A DNA stretch of 64,000 nucleotides from the human T2T-CHM13v2.0 reference genome, Homo sapiens, in NCBI RefSeq assembly GCF_009914755.1, contig NC_060926.1; one strand, 5' to 3'. The first letter of the stretch is position 1. Each line of letters starts with the position of its first letter. Of this stretch, positions 29,359-48,451 are shown in pieces. The notes under the pieces were generated by a model, which saw only the letters and a program-made list of their open reading frames with translations, ran no database searches and was not told the DNA's origin. Both the position numbers and the translations under genes were made by a program.

Positions 29359-31675
29359 TACATGACACCTCTATTTGATAGCTGGGTGTCATTTGGCTTG
29401 ATGGTTCAGATAACACCCCGTTTATAATGGGCAACTCAGATAGCAGGGGCACCTGATATTCCATAATCAGACAGTCTCCAAAGAAACACAGCTACATGTC
29501 AAAAGAAAACCTAGAAGAAAAAATTACTTCCATGGCTTAATGCCAAACACTTAGAGGTTTCTACTGTGACTTCTCTACTGGCACTTGACACAGGCTTCAA
29601 AAGGCTTCAGGTCTTTTACAATATTTTAAGCATCAGTGAATCTGTGGTAACATAAAGGCCAAGAAGAGAAGCCACTTGTCTTATGGCCTTAGTTAATTGA
29701 AGTTTTCTCCACCTCACTCAAATTTGGCAGTCTTGTGGAAAACTAGGTAAAAAATATCAGAGGAACATCTCCAAATGCAGCATATATTGACTCCAATCTC
29801 CTGGGCAAGTATGATGATGAAGCCCTGGGCTTGATTATAATGGTTGTAGAGTTGCACCTCCAATTAGACACTCAACCCTGCCAAGTTACTTATGCTCAGA
29901 AAAAGACAAATGTAAAAACCTGAGACCTGGGATGGCAATATCTAGGCAGACAAAGATGATTCTGCAGACTCTGACACTGCAGAGCTTCTGGTCATTCCTT
30001 GCCAAAAGTAGTCCTTGTTTTCTTCTCATTAGAAGGAACAAGGTTTTCTTTGTATACAAATATTTCAGTAACTTTACTGTGATAGCTGCTTCTCAAGAAG
30101 AAAATTATTCTCTGCCAGGCTTACTTCATCTCCCCTGGATGCCTCTAAAACCGTAGAGTCAGGTCCAGCACATGCTGGAGTGAGTGGTTCAAGGCATGAT
30201 TCCATACAAAATAACCTATACTAAAATAGTTTCAGAACTCTGCTAATTTGTATTGAGATGTGTCTGGAGACTATGTGTAGGAGTGGGTTCTAAGAGTAGT
30301 ATTCTATCAAGGAGGATAAAATATAGCTAGATCTGGCCAAATTATGAATCTGGGTATGAGACTCTAGGAGCTGCAGGAGAAGGCTGTTCAAAAGGATCTG
30401 TGGCCTTCCATATCTCTATCCACAGTACTACCCAGCCCAATAGTCAGGTAGCTGGGGTAATAAATATGAAAATTTCATCTTCCTCTTGCTCCTGTCTACC
30501 TCCTACAAGATGAACACAATCAGAAGCCAAAGGACAAGGACCTCACTGATACAGCCCATAATGGTCATCCATCCAGGGTCAAGAGAAAGGTAGAAAAGTT
30601 GGGACTATGTTAAGTTGAAAAGCAGCACATAAGAAAAGGACTCACCATCTGGGTAGGGGTAATTGACTGATGGTGAAGATGTTCTTACACAACGGAGACA
30701 GGGAAGAATATGGCTGTCCCCCAGATGATCCAGTGGGACTTCTCTTGCTACTTTCTTAGCCAATTTTGTGGTAAATGAACACAAGCAGCAGCCACAGCCT
30801 TTGAAGGGCAAAGTGAGCAGTGACTCAAAGCCCTCAGGGATATGGGTCTAAACTACCCACCAGAAAAACCACCTAGATAAACAGAAGTGATGGATGATGA
30901 TGAGAGGAATCTAGAAGGCTTAATACAGGAGGGAAATGAGTGTGGTTCATTGCATCCCCAAGACCAGCTGCAGATGTGAGGACCACAGTTTGTCCCATTA
31001 TTCTTCCTCTTGTATGTTTCCTTCAGAGCTGTTCCCAGATAGTGTCAACTTTTACAAAATAAGTGGAGTCAAGTGGTGTAAAGGATGGACTATACTGGAC
31101 CCTGTGGTGAACCACCCAGGTTCTCTTTCAGGATTTTGATATCCACTCTCCCAGCTTCCAAAAGCATTGCCTGTCAACAGCTAAGTCTTCCCCAGAGATT
31201 GCCCTCAGGTGAAGGGAATTGCATTGCGAAGTTTTCTCCTCCTTCATGGGAGCAGACTAGAACCGGTAACTTATCCATAGGAAGACAAAAAGGGCCATTC
31301 TTCCTGCCTCATTTCAGGCATTTCTGAATGGTTCTGATTCAGAATATTCTGTGAAATGAGTTGAGACTATGTTGCAGTATATTACAGCATAACTTCTTTC
31401 TTTGCTCTAAATCCTTTCCCTTAGAGCTTCATAAGTGTTGCTAACATCATTCTCAAATAAACTTTCTGCACACAAATTTCTGTATTAAAGATTTTTTTTC
31501 ATGGAGAATCTGACCAGTTTTTTCCAGATTTGGTAAATTTACTAGAATAAATTAATATAACTCCTGGCACTTAGCAGGCAGCTATTGAACTAGAAAATGT
31601 GTTTCTCCCTCTATTTCAATAAGCAGGGAACACCAACAGTAGCTTTTTTTAATTTAGAAGAGGTCGTACTAATTC

Positions 31676-32713
31676 CATTAATTCTTGAACAATGTGGGGG
31701 TCAGGGGCACTGAATCCTCCAAACCCCTGTGGAGTAAAAAAATCTGTGTATAACTTTTGACTTCCAAAATCTTCACTAATGGCCTACTGTTGACTGGAAG
31801 CCTTACCTATAACATTAACAGTCAATTAACATATATTTTGCATGTTGTATGTATTACACAATATATTCTTACAATAAAGGAAGTTAAAGAAAATGTTTAA
31901 AGATTGTAAGGAAAATAAAATACATTTATAGTTCTATACTATATTTATTGACCTCATCGTTTGTCTGCAAGATGAACCATCTGCCTGAAATGACGGTCAA
32001 CCGCAGATGCAGACCTCCATTCATGCTAGGTATCAAGCAATTCAGTTTTTTCTTGTAATGTCATGACTTTTCTCTGCTTCGTGGGAGGACTTCCAGCATC
32101 ACTGGTGGCACTTCATATGGGTCCCATGGTGTTATTAAAGGTTTACAATATCCCACTAAACACAATGAAAAATAAAAGAGAAGCATGAGAGAACCTGATA
32201 CCCAATTTACTGGAGAAGTGAACTGCTCACATGGACATGATCAGCATCACATTGCATTTTAAGCAGATACTCGCAATATTTGAGCTCACTGTAATAGCAA
32301 CAGGAGGTGACTATGAAATTATTATAATAGTGCATTTTGTACTACAGTTGATTTTATGCAGTTATTATTTCATACTGCATCTTTACATTTGTTTGCATTT
32401 CTCTAAACTGCAAGTGGCACCATGTATAGTTTGTGTTTGTATGCATAAGTTTTGATACACTTTAACTTTTTATAGTAGATTCATGTATATTTTATGGTAG
32501 AAAATGATGAAATAGACTAGTATCTATATTTAATGAATTTACCACATACCTAACTTTGCCTTATTCTTTCAACATTTCTAGGCTATGCAGTTCATCTGTA
32601 AGTTTTTAAAAATCCTTGCAAATCTCCAACAAGTTTTCCAATATATTTACTGAAAAAATATTACATGTTAAGTAGACACACAGTTCAAACCTATGTTGTT
32701 CAAGGCTCAACTG
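31676..32713. mobile_element. Tigger2-family (TcMar) non-autonomous DNA transposon, about 1.04 kb
   Basis: Terminal inverted repeats cattaattcttgaacaa / ttgttcaaggctcaactg resemble CAGTTGACCCTTGAACAA. Confidence 0.75.
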
Positions 32714-33629
32714 CACTTTTGCCATTTTGTTTTAGGCTGTATCCACTTGAGTTCTGTTCTGTAAATTTGACTACTAGGGCTTTATTTTATCATCCCATAG
32801 GACATACTATTCCATGACTTGCTGACAGGCTTAGGTTACCAGGGAACAGCAAGAAATATTGATGCCTTAGCAAGACACACATGTCTTAGAGAAAATGTGA
32901 TCCATTCAATGAAAATATAACGATTATCCTAACCAGTTAGGTTTCTGTAGGTCACAAATCTGAAGCAATTTATTCTTTCCCATAGTTTCAGAGTTCCGTC
33001 AGAAAACCATGCAACCCTATGTAATGATAATTAATAATTATTTAGTGAAGAATCTACTCAGAAAGATGAAGACAAAGTTAGGAATGTCAACAAGGAGTAA
33101 CAAAAGACCCTTGGGCTAGTGAAGATGGGAAGTCTTTTCCACCCCTAGACTGTAGAGCAGGGTCCTGGTGGAACAGGGTCCAGGCCACCTGGTTGTGCAG
33201 GTCACCTGTGCTCTTTGGCCCTGCTCATGCCTGATCCCAGAAATACAAATTTGATATTATTGTTTGTTGGTTGGCCTGACTAAACTTACGGCTCAATGAG
33301 GGGGAAGTCTAACAGACTCAGATCATGAGAGGCAATTTGGAAGCATGATCACTTGATGTCCCATGTCATATGCTATAGAATCCCAGTAGCATGCCAACAG
33401 CTGTTTTTAAAACAAGTAATCTTTTGCTATTTTTGGCATGGCCTTACTCCAGAATTTTAGACATTGATTTTGTGAGTCTTCTACACAAGCTTGCCATAAA
33501 CTCCTTATAGTTTCTTTTCCTACTACAAATATCTTGAATGACATAGGGTTTGTTATATGGCTGAAGTAGCGGGACTACTTGAAATATTGCCTGGAGCTGC
33601 TGCAGAGATCTTTTCTGAGGAGTCCCAGT

Positions 33630-33895
33630 CGGTTAGCGGGTGCAAAAACTACAGGTAGCTAGAAGGAATAAGATCTAGTGTTTGGTAGCATAGCAAGGTG
33701 ACTATAGTTAACATGAATGTATTGTATATTTCAAAATAACCAGAGGGGTGAATCTAAAATGTTCCCAACACAAAGAAAAGATAAATATTTGAGGTGATAG
33801 ATAGCCTGATTGGCCTAAATGGATCATTATACATTATATGACTATATCAAAATATCACATGCCCCATAAAAATGTACAACTATTGTGTATCTATA
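33630..33895 (+). mobile_element. L1MA-type 3' end fragment
   Basis: agaaggaataagatctagtgtttg.tagca..ggtgactatagttaac..tgtatatttcaaaataac..aaatatcacatg.cccataaa.atgtacaactat. Confidence 0.8.
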
Positions 33896-34454
33896 ATTTT
33901 TTTTAAATTGACAGTCTTCTGTGTTACTTGATAAGTGAACTACAGAAATATTCCCAAGTGTGAAATATGCCACCTCTAGAACCCAAAGAAATCTACCAGA
34001 ACTTGTGCTTGCCTCTTAGCAATGAGAAGTGCAAGACACAACATTCTGACCTTTATTTTAGAAGGAGTGGTCTCAGTAGGCCTCATATTTGGGGCATGAA
34101 AAGTTCACTAATGTGGCAGGTCCCTAAATGTTTGTATTGTTTATCTCCAAACTCCTTCTGTGCATGTGTCTTATTAAGGCCTCCAAAACACTTGATACTC
34201 CTTGTACATTCAGGTCACTTCTTATGGTATTGCTATGATCTGATGTGTAAACTTTATAAGGACTAGGTAACTTCAGAGAAATGGATCATTAATATAGCCC
34301 TGGGGAAAGACCCAATATGCATATTACTGTCTGTTCTGTGAGAATGCGAACTGTTTTTGTTTCTATGTCTTGATAGGGATGAAAATAAATGCATTAAACA
34401 GATGAATGGCTGCATAACATAGCATAGGATATACCTGCGTCCATGTTATCAGGT

Positions 34455-34673
34455 CTAGCAAAGATAATACCACATATAGATAGCAGCTGCAATTGGAGCA
34501 ACTATTTCTTTTAATTTGCAATAGTCCACTACCAGCCTGTAGGATCCATCTGCTTCTAGGCGGAACCAGACTGGTGAATTAAATGGGAATATTGTTGGCA
34601 TTGAACCCACTATTTTATCTAAGTCTTTGAAGGTGGAACTAATCTCTGTCATGTAATTTAATATCTTGGCCAC
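34455..34673 (-). pseudogene. Decayed ERVL pol (reverse transcriptase N-terminus) fragment
   Basis: EISSTFKDL..PTIFPFNSPVW..ADGSYRLVVDYCKLKEIVAPIAAA matches the ERVL RT pattern (EISATIKDL..SPFNSPIWPV.K.DGSWRMTVDYRKLNQVV.PIAAA). Confidence 0.8.
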
Positions 34674-35174
34674 AGAAGAGACATGTTAGAGGCTTCAACT
34701 TGACTTTGTCATCTTTACCAGCTCTTACCCTAAGAGACAAGAAAAAAATGTGGGGCTCTGTCAATCTCTAAATAAGTCTACTTCAATTATATATTTAGGG
34801 TTCAGGAAAATGACCATTGGGTGGGTCTTTGTGGCAAATGAACCCATAGTCAGCTAGACCTCGTTCCTGCTTACTTTCACTTTAACAGTTGGTTCACGAT
34901 GATCCTTTAGATCTCTGGTATTAATGTCAAGTCAACCCTGTGTCCAACAGCCCCTGAAATGTCTGGGTACTCGCCTTTTCCTAGTTGATGGCTCCCTGAA
35001 TAAAAAGCTATAGATCCTTTTAGGGAAGGAGTAGGTAATCATACCATATATACTTGTTTTACGGTTATAGGATCTGTGATTTTGGGGATCTGGCCTCTGC
35101 TTCAGTCAGTCGGTTCTTGTTCTGAAATCTGACCAGTTTGGAAAACTGGCAAGGAATTGTTGTTTATTTAGGTG

Positions 35175-35925
<751 letters not shown>

Positions 35926-38900
35926 TGTTCTACTAACTTTGCGGAGTCTGCCGCTTGTGTTATTAACTTCTAGGGCCAGTCTTTGGTTTTCTCTGCTCTC
36001 CAGCTGCAGGATGTGAGTCTCTTTATGTACTTTCAAGGAGGCCTCTGGCTTCACATCTAGGATTAAACTGGTAATTAATCACCATCAGCATTTCACTACC
36101 TTTTCCTAGTGCATTCATGGTATTCAGCAGCAGCCATCCAATTCCGTTTTCCATATAATTTGTACTTCCCCAAGCCTCTCAAACACCTTAGTTATTTCAC
36201 CTGCATGTGTATCTCCTCCCGCTGGCATTCAATCCCAGTATATGACCAGTATATGAAAATTTAATAACTACACAATAACAGCATACCACAGGCTATATAT
36301 TCTACCTACCATCAGATATAGGGTCCTCATGGCCAATTTGTAGGTGACCTAGCTGCAAAATCTCATTTTGAATTTGATTCCTATGGCCAATGTGGGCACC
36401 AATTGACTTGGGTCTGGTTCCTTGGGAAATAGACTCTGAGCAGCAGATTGTTTGCAGGGATTTTTACAGGGAGCATGCCCAGGAACACCTGTGAGTGATG
36501 GGGATTGGGCAGAGGGAGAGAGTTAACTGTGATAGAATGGCAACAAAAGTCGTTGCCAAATCTCCAGGGAGCTCTGATGGTGTGGGGACCCTTCAGAGAT
36601 GACCTGAACTCAGGCAAAGAAGTCAAGCCTTTAACTCTTAATGAGGACTCATCATTAGATGTAGGCTGCCCTGGGGAAGGGTCTTAACTTTGGGCCAGGC
36701 CACTCTCTTCAGCTAAGGGCATTTCTGAGGAGGGACTAGGCCTCAAACCTTTAGCAGGCAGCATTCCTGATAGCTGTGTCTCAGTCCTAAGGGGGTATTA
36801 CTGGGGGACCGCAGCCCTCACCACCTCCAGAAGTCTTCTGCACAGCCTAAACAGACAGTCAAGTGGGGAGGTCATAGAAATCACCTTTCTTGCATCTCTG
36901 AAATCTCTGAAAGTAGCACCGACTTGTGTGATTCCCCTAGGAATGTGGTAATACCTTTGGCTTCCTATTTTGTTTAGTAAGAGAAGCTCCAGAGAGTTCT
37001 ACTTGGTCTTTATGAAATAATGGTCCCCATTAGATGAGTCAGGGAGCCAATTGCTAGGTTTTGATTATACATTCAACATCTAAAACATTAACCACAAATG
37101 GATTCATAGATTCAGTGAGTCACCAATAGTTAAAAGTAGGCACAAATTCCCTGTTTTGCTTCATCTATAAACCCCTATTTAGACTCACGCTCCACAATGA
37201 AATGTTAGATTTGTAGAAATGAAGTTACCTTGAACCAGTGTCCAATATTCCCCAAGCACCTGGATTTTTTTCTTTTCCTTGGACACAATTATATGTAAAA
37301 TATCTGCAATAACTCTGGGAAATATTGGGTAGGAAGCTTACTGCATGTCATTTTAATGTTATTATAAGATGCTCAAGAGGACCTGGGGTCCCCGTTATTC
37401 AAGAGGCACAGGGTTTGTAACTGACTTAAATCTGAGAAATGGTGAATGGTCATGAATCTACTGTGGTGGTTTAAGTCAGACCTCTGGCTACAGTCCCAGA
37501 GTTTCAGGGGATTGAGAAGGATATTATTAAGTTTCCTAGCTATTTCAGTTCTGGAAACCTGGTGATCAATCAATGACTGCTGAAGATCCCTGAAGATAAG
37601 ACCATTCTCCTAATCACACGAATCAACTTGATGATCACAGAGGCAACAGCTACCTTGTCTATAGTTAACAGAATACTGCTACTTGGTCTCTGCCATATCA
37701 AGAGTCTATCTTCCACTGAAATTTGGGAGCCCATCTCAATAGCGGTATCTCCCAAATGCACTCAATGGCCCATGGGAAAAAAACATTACAGTATTTTCAC
37801 AGATGCTGGTGTTCCCCTTATCATGGTGAAAAGAGGAACGTCAGAGTCTTCTTTGAGGGACAGAGCTATGATGGAGAAAAACATAATGCAGATACGTTCA
37901 CTACATTTTTCATGTCTTTGGAATCCTCTTATATGTTACCAATGAGTTTCTGGCCTCTGTACTTCATTTAGCATAGACTACCACTGAGTTCAGGTTTCAG
38001 CCAACAAAATAAGCAAATAGAGTGTTTCCTACCACCCAAAAATGTACATTAAATCTGAAATGTCTGGTAAGTGCATTGGTATCAAAGTCATCTTGATCTA
38101 AAATTGTATTTATTTCTCTCTGCTCTGGAGCCCTGTTAATTCATTGCCACAAATACTTCCCTTGCTTGATCAATATAAACTAGAGAATATCTTACAGTTA
38201 TTTTAGAGAGTAAATCTTTTCCTCCTGAAATTGGTCCTGGGGCATGCCGGGATGTGATAAGGACCTGTAGTGAGAGGGGTGACTTTACACTGCAAAGTAG
38301 CTTCCCTACTGAGGTCAATTTAAGGTCTTCAATAAGGCAGGCATTCATCATGCAGGGTCAAAGGAATGCTTCTTCTGTCTGGGAGGGTCAGTGGAGTTTT
38401 AAAATTTGGGGTACTTTGAGTGACTCAAATATTCCTTAATGTACCCACTCAAATGCACTGCATCTCATTCTTTCCTAGGTAGTGACTATGGACGCACATA
38501 AGAGATTTTGTGAGCTGGGAATTCAACCTGTATTTTAATTAAGCGACTCATATGATCAAGGAGTGTGATTTTCAGCTACATTAGTTCTATAGGTCTGTAG
38601 TTCCCAAACATTCTCTTAGGAGAATCATAGAAACTTCTCTGATTCTGTGGCTATATTGCATTCGGAGAAAAATCTGAAGTATTGGGACTTGTCTTTCTTG
38701 ACACTGTCAGCACAATTAGGAGCAGCCACCATAGTGCTATGTTCCTCATGCCCTTCCCACTGTCCTAAGGCAGCATACACTATCTCCTTCAAAACCTTAT
38801 CCCTAATGACACTTAATTCTATATTATGATGATAATTTAAGAAATTATTTCAGCATTACATGAACTGGCCACCAGAATCCTCTCTTCCAATCCTAATTGT

Positions 38901-39504
38901 TTTTTTTTTTTTTTCTGTTTTCAACCAGGCCAGATAGGCAATATCACCTTCTTATTTCAATGAGGACCTGCTCCTTGCACCCACCCCTGGTAACAATTAC
39001 TGAATAACATAAGGATCTCAGGTGCTAACAACAGAATTCACTATCTAGTTTATAGGGAAGTTATTATTTGATATTCAGTAGCTCATAGTATCATTGGGAA
39101 AGAAGCAGAAATGTGAGCTTGGGGTTAAATGTCCAGAAAAAATGTCTGCAATTGCCGCAGAGATGGCCTGTTACAGAAACCGCTACTGCTGTTCTTTCTG
39201 CTGCCATCACAGACAGCAGGCCCTAGATGCCAGGAACTCTACTACAATATCACCACTGTTAGCACTGATGCCACTTTTATATCACTGCCTTGACTTTACA
39301 ACCCCCAAAAGACAGGCACCTAACCACCACTCTTACCAGCAGATAGAAATTCTACAGAACCAACTTCCTCCCCTTGCACTCTCTGAACTCAAATCCCATG
39401 CTAGTGTAGCTGATGAGGGGAGATCAAGTCCGCCTGTATTACTGCTGAAGGAGGTACAGATTGAGTTCTCTCTATGACATAGTAAGGTATATATAACAGC
39501 ATGG

Positions 39505-39882
39505 GGTATTACTCTGTTTTCACACTGCTAATAAAGACATACCTGAGACTGGGTAATTTATAAAGAAAAGAGGTTTAATTTTTGACTCACAGTTCCTCAG
39601 GGCTAGGGAGGCCTCAGGAAACTTACAGTCATGGTGGAAGGGGAAGTAAACATGTCCCTCTTCACCTAGTGGCAGCAAGAAGAAGTATAAGCAAAGGGTA
39701 GGGAAAGCCCCTTACGAAACCATCAGATCTCATGAGAAATCACTCATTATCATGAGAACAGCATGAAGGCAACCACCTCATGATTCAATTACCTCCCACT
39801 GGGTCCCTCCCAGGACATGTGGGGATTATGGGAACTACAATTCAAGATGAGAGTTGGGTGGGGACACAGCAAAACCATATCA
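39505..39882 (-). mobile_element. THE1C/D-like MaLR solo LTR with 5-bp TSD
   Basis: ..cacactgctaataaagacatacctgagactgggtaattt..gggacacagcaaaaccatatca; TSD catgg at 39500-39504 and 39883-39887. Confidence 0.88.
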
Positions 39883-40479
39883 CATGGGAATTTGCTCCAA
39901 TGTCAAAAGGATTTTCAAAATATGTTTATCTATCTATCTATATCTATCTATAAAAGGGATCTATAACATCTTTGCAATGTTAAAAAAATTACAATATGAT
40001 GATAGTTGTAAAAAAGCAGAATGTACCATGATAGGTAACCTTAGTCTATTTGTTTATTTATCTATGTATAATTTGTTAATTTTTCTGTTAACAAGTAAGC
40101 TTCAGGAGAACTAGGAGTATCATGTTCACAGCCATTTCTGCCTGCCCTACCCTAGCCATTTTCTAAACCATAAAAAATATTTAGTAGATATATATTGAAT
40201 GGATTCAAAATTAAAAAGCAGCATCTAGTTAGCTTCTTGACATGTGGCTTACCATTTTGCACACCAACAGTTACAATGTTTACTATTGTTTTCTCTAGGG
40301 TCTAAAAAAGTGCTTGAAATATGGTAGCACTCAATCAAAAGTAGCCATTATTTTGAAGTAAAATAAGTACTGTTGCATGACTTTTGATAACTTGCCTGAG
40401 ACTACCCAGTTAGTGGAGACATGTGATTTTGGTGTTAAAAATGCATATTCTGCCGTTGTAATGTTTGTATTTAAAGCAT

Positions 40480-40665
40480 GGTTTCACCTTTTACCTGCTG
40501 GGTGATGCTGAGCAAGTTACTCTGCTTCTCCGTGCTTCAGTCTCCTTATCTATAAAATGGGGACAGTAATAATTGTATCTGCTTCATAAATTGTCCTGAT
40601 TTTTTAAAAATTATACTTAGAGACCCTAAAACAATGTCTGCCACATGGTAGACATTCCGCTGCTA
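40480..40665 (+). mobile_element. MIR remnant
   Basis: gagcaagttact..tgcttcagtctccttatctataaaatggggacagtaataa. Confidence 0.7.
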
Positions 40666-41474
40666 TTTATTGCTTTTACAAATGACCAATTCATTAAACC
40701 ATCATATATGGAGATATGGTTCCTGCACTTCCAGGGCCTCAGTCAGTGCCCTTTTTCCTCTGGCTGAGTTTCCTTCTCTAGCATTTCTCTAAATCCATGG
40801 AACATACAAGCATCCATTAGCAAGTCTGCCACCAAATCATTAGCTGCTTGAGAGTAATTACCAAGTCTTACTCATCTTTGCTCCTTTAAAGGCTAGTATT
40901 ATACATAACACATAGCAGACGCTAGCATTATGTGGTATGTAGCAAAATAATTTTCAATTTTACCTTAAATATGCTTAGATAAAGGAGTTACACATTTCAA
41001 GTTCTCACTCCATCAATGTTGGCTAAATATAAGAGTTTTTTATGTTTTCTGAGAGAGTGCCTAGTTTGGTGTAAGATAAGGACATGAGCAAGAGTTTCTC
41101 TGAAACTTCAATATATCATACAAAAGAGGACAAAGAAACTGAGAAATGATAAAGATAAATATGACTCAGAAATTACACTCAGAAAATGTAGCAATCCATC
41201 TCTGCACAGACTGTGGGAACAAAGAAAGCATGAAGGTTGAGTACAACTGGGAAAGTGTTTGTTAAAGGAGGACGGAAAGAAAGTGAGAATTGCGTTTAAT
41301 ATTAATGATATTAATGTGATGTTTAGAGAGATTGTACCTCATTATATTGCAAATAGTCCAATTACATACACCCTCTGTAAAGTATAAATTAGCAGAGCAG
41401 ATTTGAACAGAATTTTGTGAGCCCTTCCTCAAGTACATGTATACTCTCCATAAGGCTGCATGAGCTTATCTTAA

Positions 41475-41978
<504 letters not shown>

Positions 41979-43543
41979 TGACCTTCGTTTTCTCATCTCT
42001 AAAATGGTAATGATGGTCATACCATTGCTGGGGAATTTATAGTGCTTAAAAAGCATGTAGGACATGCTTGTCTGTAGTAATTGCTCAACAAATGTTATTC
42101 GCTATAATTATTTCCAAACAAAATATGACCGTTTTTCAAACTTCCTTTAGCCTTTAATCATGCTGATCATTGGTACACTGTCATTTTTTAAAAAAGTGTT
42201 CTCCAATCTAAAGTGGAACGGAAGTAATTTCTTGTGTCCAGGGGAATTATAGAACCACTTCCCATGAAAGATGTGGTCCACGGAGGTGGGTAGGAGCCTT
42301 ATGTTCAACCAACTCTAAAAACCCAGGATTTTCTTGGCTCCTTACCCTCCATCCATACCGTGTAAAGATATTATTCTTTGCCAGTAACATATATTTTCAC
42401 ACCTCCAATTGTCCAGTATCCTCAGTTTGGCTGGGGCTGCCACAGCTCAGTAGCTTTGAATTTCTAAGTCCAGCCTTACAGATTCCACACTGACCTAGTC
42501 AACATAGAGTAGGTAGTTCTTGGTGACTATGTCAAAAACCACTAACTATATATATATGAGTCTATACCAAAACCCTCTCTTCTGCTGCATTAAATTATTG
42601 TCTATCCTTATTGTCAATATCATGGTCTTGATTTCTGTATCTTTATAGCAAATCTTTATATCCAGAAATGTAAGTCCTCAAACTTGTTTTTTTTTTTTTA
42701 AAGATAATTATGACTGTCTCTGGCCTTTTGCATTTCCATATGAATTTCAACATAAGCATGTAGTTTCCATAAAAAATATCCACTAGAGTCTTGATTAGTA
42801 TTGTTGTGAATCTGTGGTGAATCCCATTTTGGTGGGGGGAAATTGCATCTTACAAACAATGAGTCTTCCAATTAATGAACACAGTATATTTCCCCATTAT
42901 TGGGGTATTTAACTTAGTAATTAATGTCTTATATTCTTTAATGTAGATTTTGTGTACATCTTTCACTAACTTTATCACTCAGCATTTTAATATTTTTAGG
43001 CTATGCTATGTGCTTTTAAATTACTGCATTTTGATTTTATTTTTCAATTATTTGTTGCTGGTATATGCAGTTACAATTAAATTTCAAATTAACCTTGTAT
43101 CCTGTGGCCTTGCTAAATTCACTTATTAAATGTAGTATGTTTTATGTGGATCTATCAACATTTTCTATGTGTACAATCATATCATCTTCAAATAAACATA
43201 ACTTTGTATCTTTCCAATATTGGTAGTTTGTATTCTTTTTTCCTGCTTTATTGTACTAACTAGCATCTCTAACACAACGTTGAAAAGATGTAGAGAGGGG
43301 GAAAATTCATCATTTTTTTTTTTTAATTTTTTTTTTTTATTATACTCTAAGTTTTAGGGTACATGTGCACATTGTGCAGGTTAGTTACATATGTATACAT
43401 GTGCCATGCTGGTGCGCTGCACCCACTAACGTGTCATCTAGCATTAGGTATATCTCCCAATGCTATCCCTCCCCCCTCCCCCGACCCCACCACAGTCCCC
43501 AGAGTGTGATATTCCCCTTCCTGTGTCCAAGTGATCTCATTGT

Positions 43544-47395
<3,852 letters not shown>

Positions 47396-47434
47396 TCATT
47401 AGTTGATGCAGTTTCTTCCTAGTCTCGATGGTCT

Positions 47435-48451
47435 TTACATTTTGGCATGATTTTGCAGCGGCTGGTACCGGTTGTTCCTTTCCATGTTTAGGGCTTCCTT
47501 CAGGAGCTCTTTTAGGGCAGGCCTGGTGGTGACAAAATCTCTCAGCATTTGCTTGTCTATAAAGTATTTTATTTCTCCTTCACTTATGAAGCTTAGTTTG
47601 GCTGGATATGAAATTCTGGGTTGAAAATTCTTTTCTTTAAGAATGTTGAATATTGGCCCCCACTCTCTTCTGGCTTGTAGGGTTTCTGCCGAGAGATCCG
47701 CTGTTAGTCTGATGGGCTTTCCTTTGAGCGTAACCCGACCTTTCTCTCTGGCTGCCCTTAACATTTTTTCCTTCATTTCAACTTTGGTGAATCTGACAAT
47801 TATGTGTCTTGGAGTTGCTCTTCTCGAGGAGTATCTTTGTGGAGTTCTCTGTATTTCCTGAATCTGAACGTTGGTCTGCCTTGCTAGATTGGGGAAGTTC
47901 TCCTGGATAATATCCTGCAGAGTGTTTTCCAACTTGGTTCCATTCTCCACATCACTTTCAGGTACACCAATCAGACGTAGATTTGGTCTTTTCACATAGT
48001 CCCATATTTCTTGGAGGCTTTGCTCATTTCTTTTTATTCTTTTTTCTCTAAACTTCCCTTCTCGCTTCATTTCATTCATTTCATCTTCCATTGCTGATAC
48101 CCTTTCTTCCAGTTGATCGCATCGGCTCCTGAGGCTTCTGCATTCTTCACGTAGTTCTCGAGCCTTGGTTTTCAGCTCCATCAGCTCCTTTAAGCACTTC
48201 TCTGTATTGGTTATTCTAGTTATACATTCTTCTAAATTTTTTTCAAAGTTTTCAACTTCTTTGCCTTTGGTTTGAATGTCCTCCCGTAGCTCAGAGTAAT
48301 TTGATCGTCTGAAGCCTTCTTCTCTCAGCTCGTCAAAATCATTCTCCATCCAGCTTTGTTCTGTTGCTGGTGAGGAACGGCGTTCCTTTGGAGGAGGAGA
48401 GGCGCTCTGCGTTTTAGAGTTTCCAGTTTTTCTGTTCTGTTTTTTCCCCAT
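47435..48451 (-). CDS. LINE-1 ORF1p (RNA-binding chaperone), 338 aa
   Basis: Canonical length; REKG, ARR and YPAKLS motifs intact. Confidence 0.98.
   Translation of the reverse strand: MGKKQNRKTGNSKTQSASPPPKERRSSPATEQSWMENDFDELREEGFRRSNYSELREDIQTKGKEVENFEKNLEECITRITNTEKCLKELMELKTKARELREECRSLRSRCDQLEERVSAMEDEMNEMKREGKFREKRIKRNEQSLQEIWDYVKRPNLRLIGVPESDVENGTKLENTLQDIIQENFPNLARQTNVQIQEIQRTPQRYSSRRATPRHIIVRFTKVEMKEKMLRAAREKGRVTLKGKPIRLTADLSAETLQARREWGPIFNILKEKNFQPRISYPAKLSFISEGEIKYFIDKQMLRDFVTTRPALKELLKEALNMERNNRYQPLQNHAKM

Noticed and set aside
39094-39477. 127-aa Cys-rich ORF
   Set aside because: Lies within an ancient LTR-like segment, has a non-ATG start and low-complexity (ctg/cca) composition.
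43425-43435. Calling the full-length L1 a Ta element
   Set aside because: The diagnostic trinucleotide reads ACG, not ACA, and ORF2 has YPKDYK, so it is pre-Ta.
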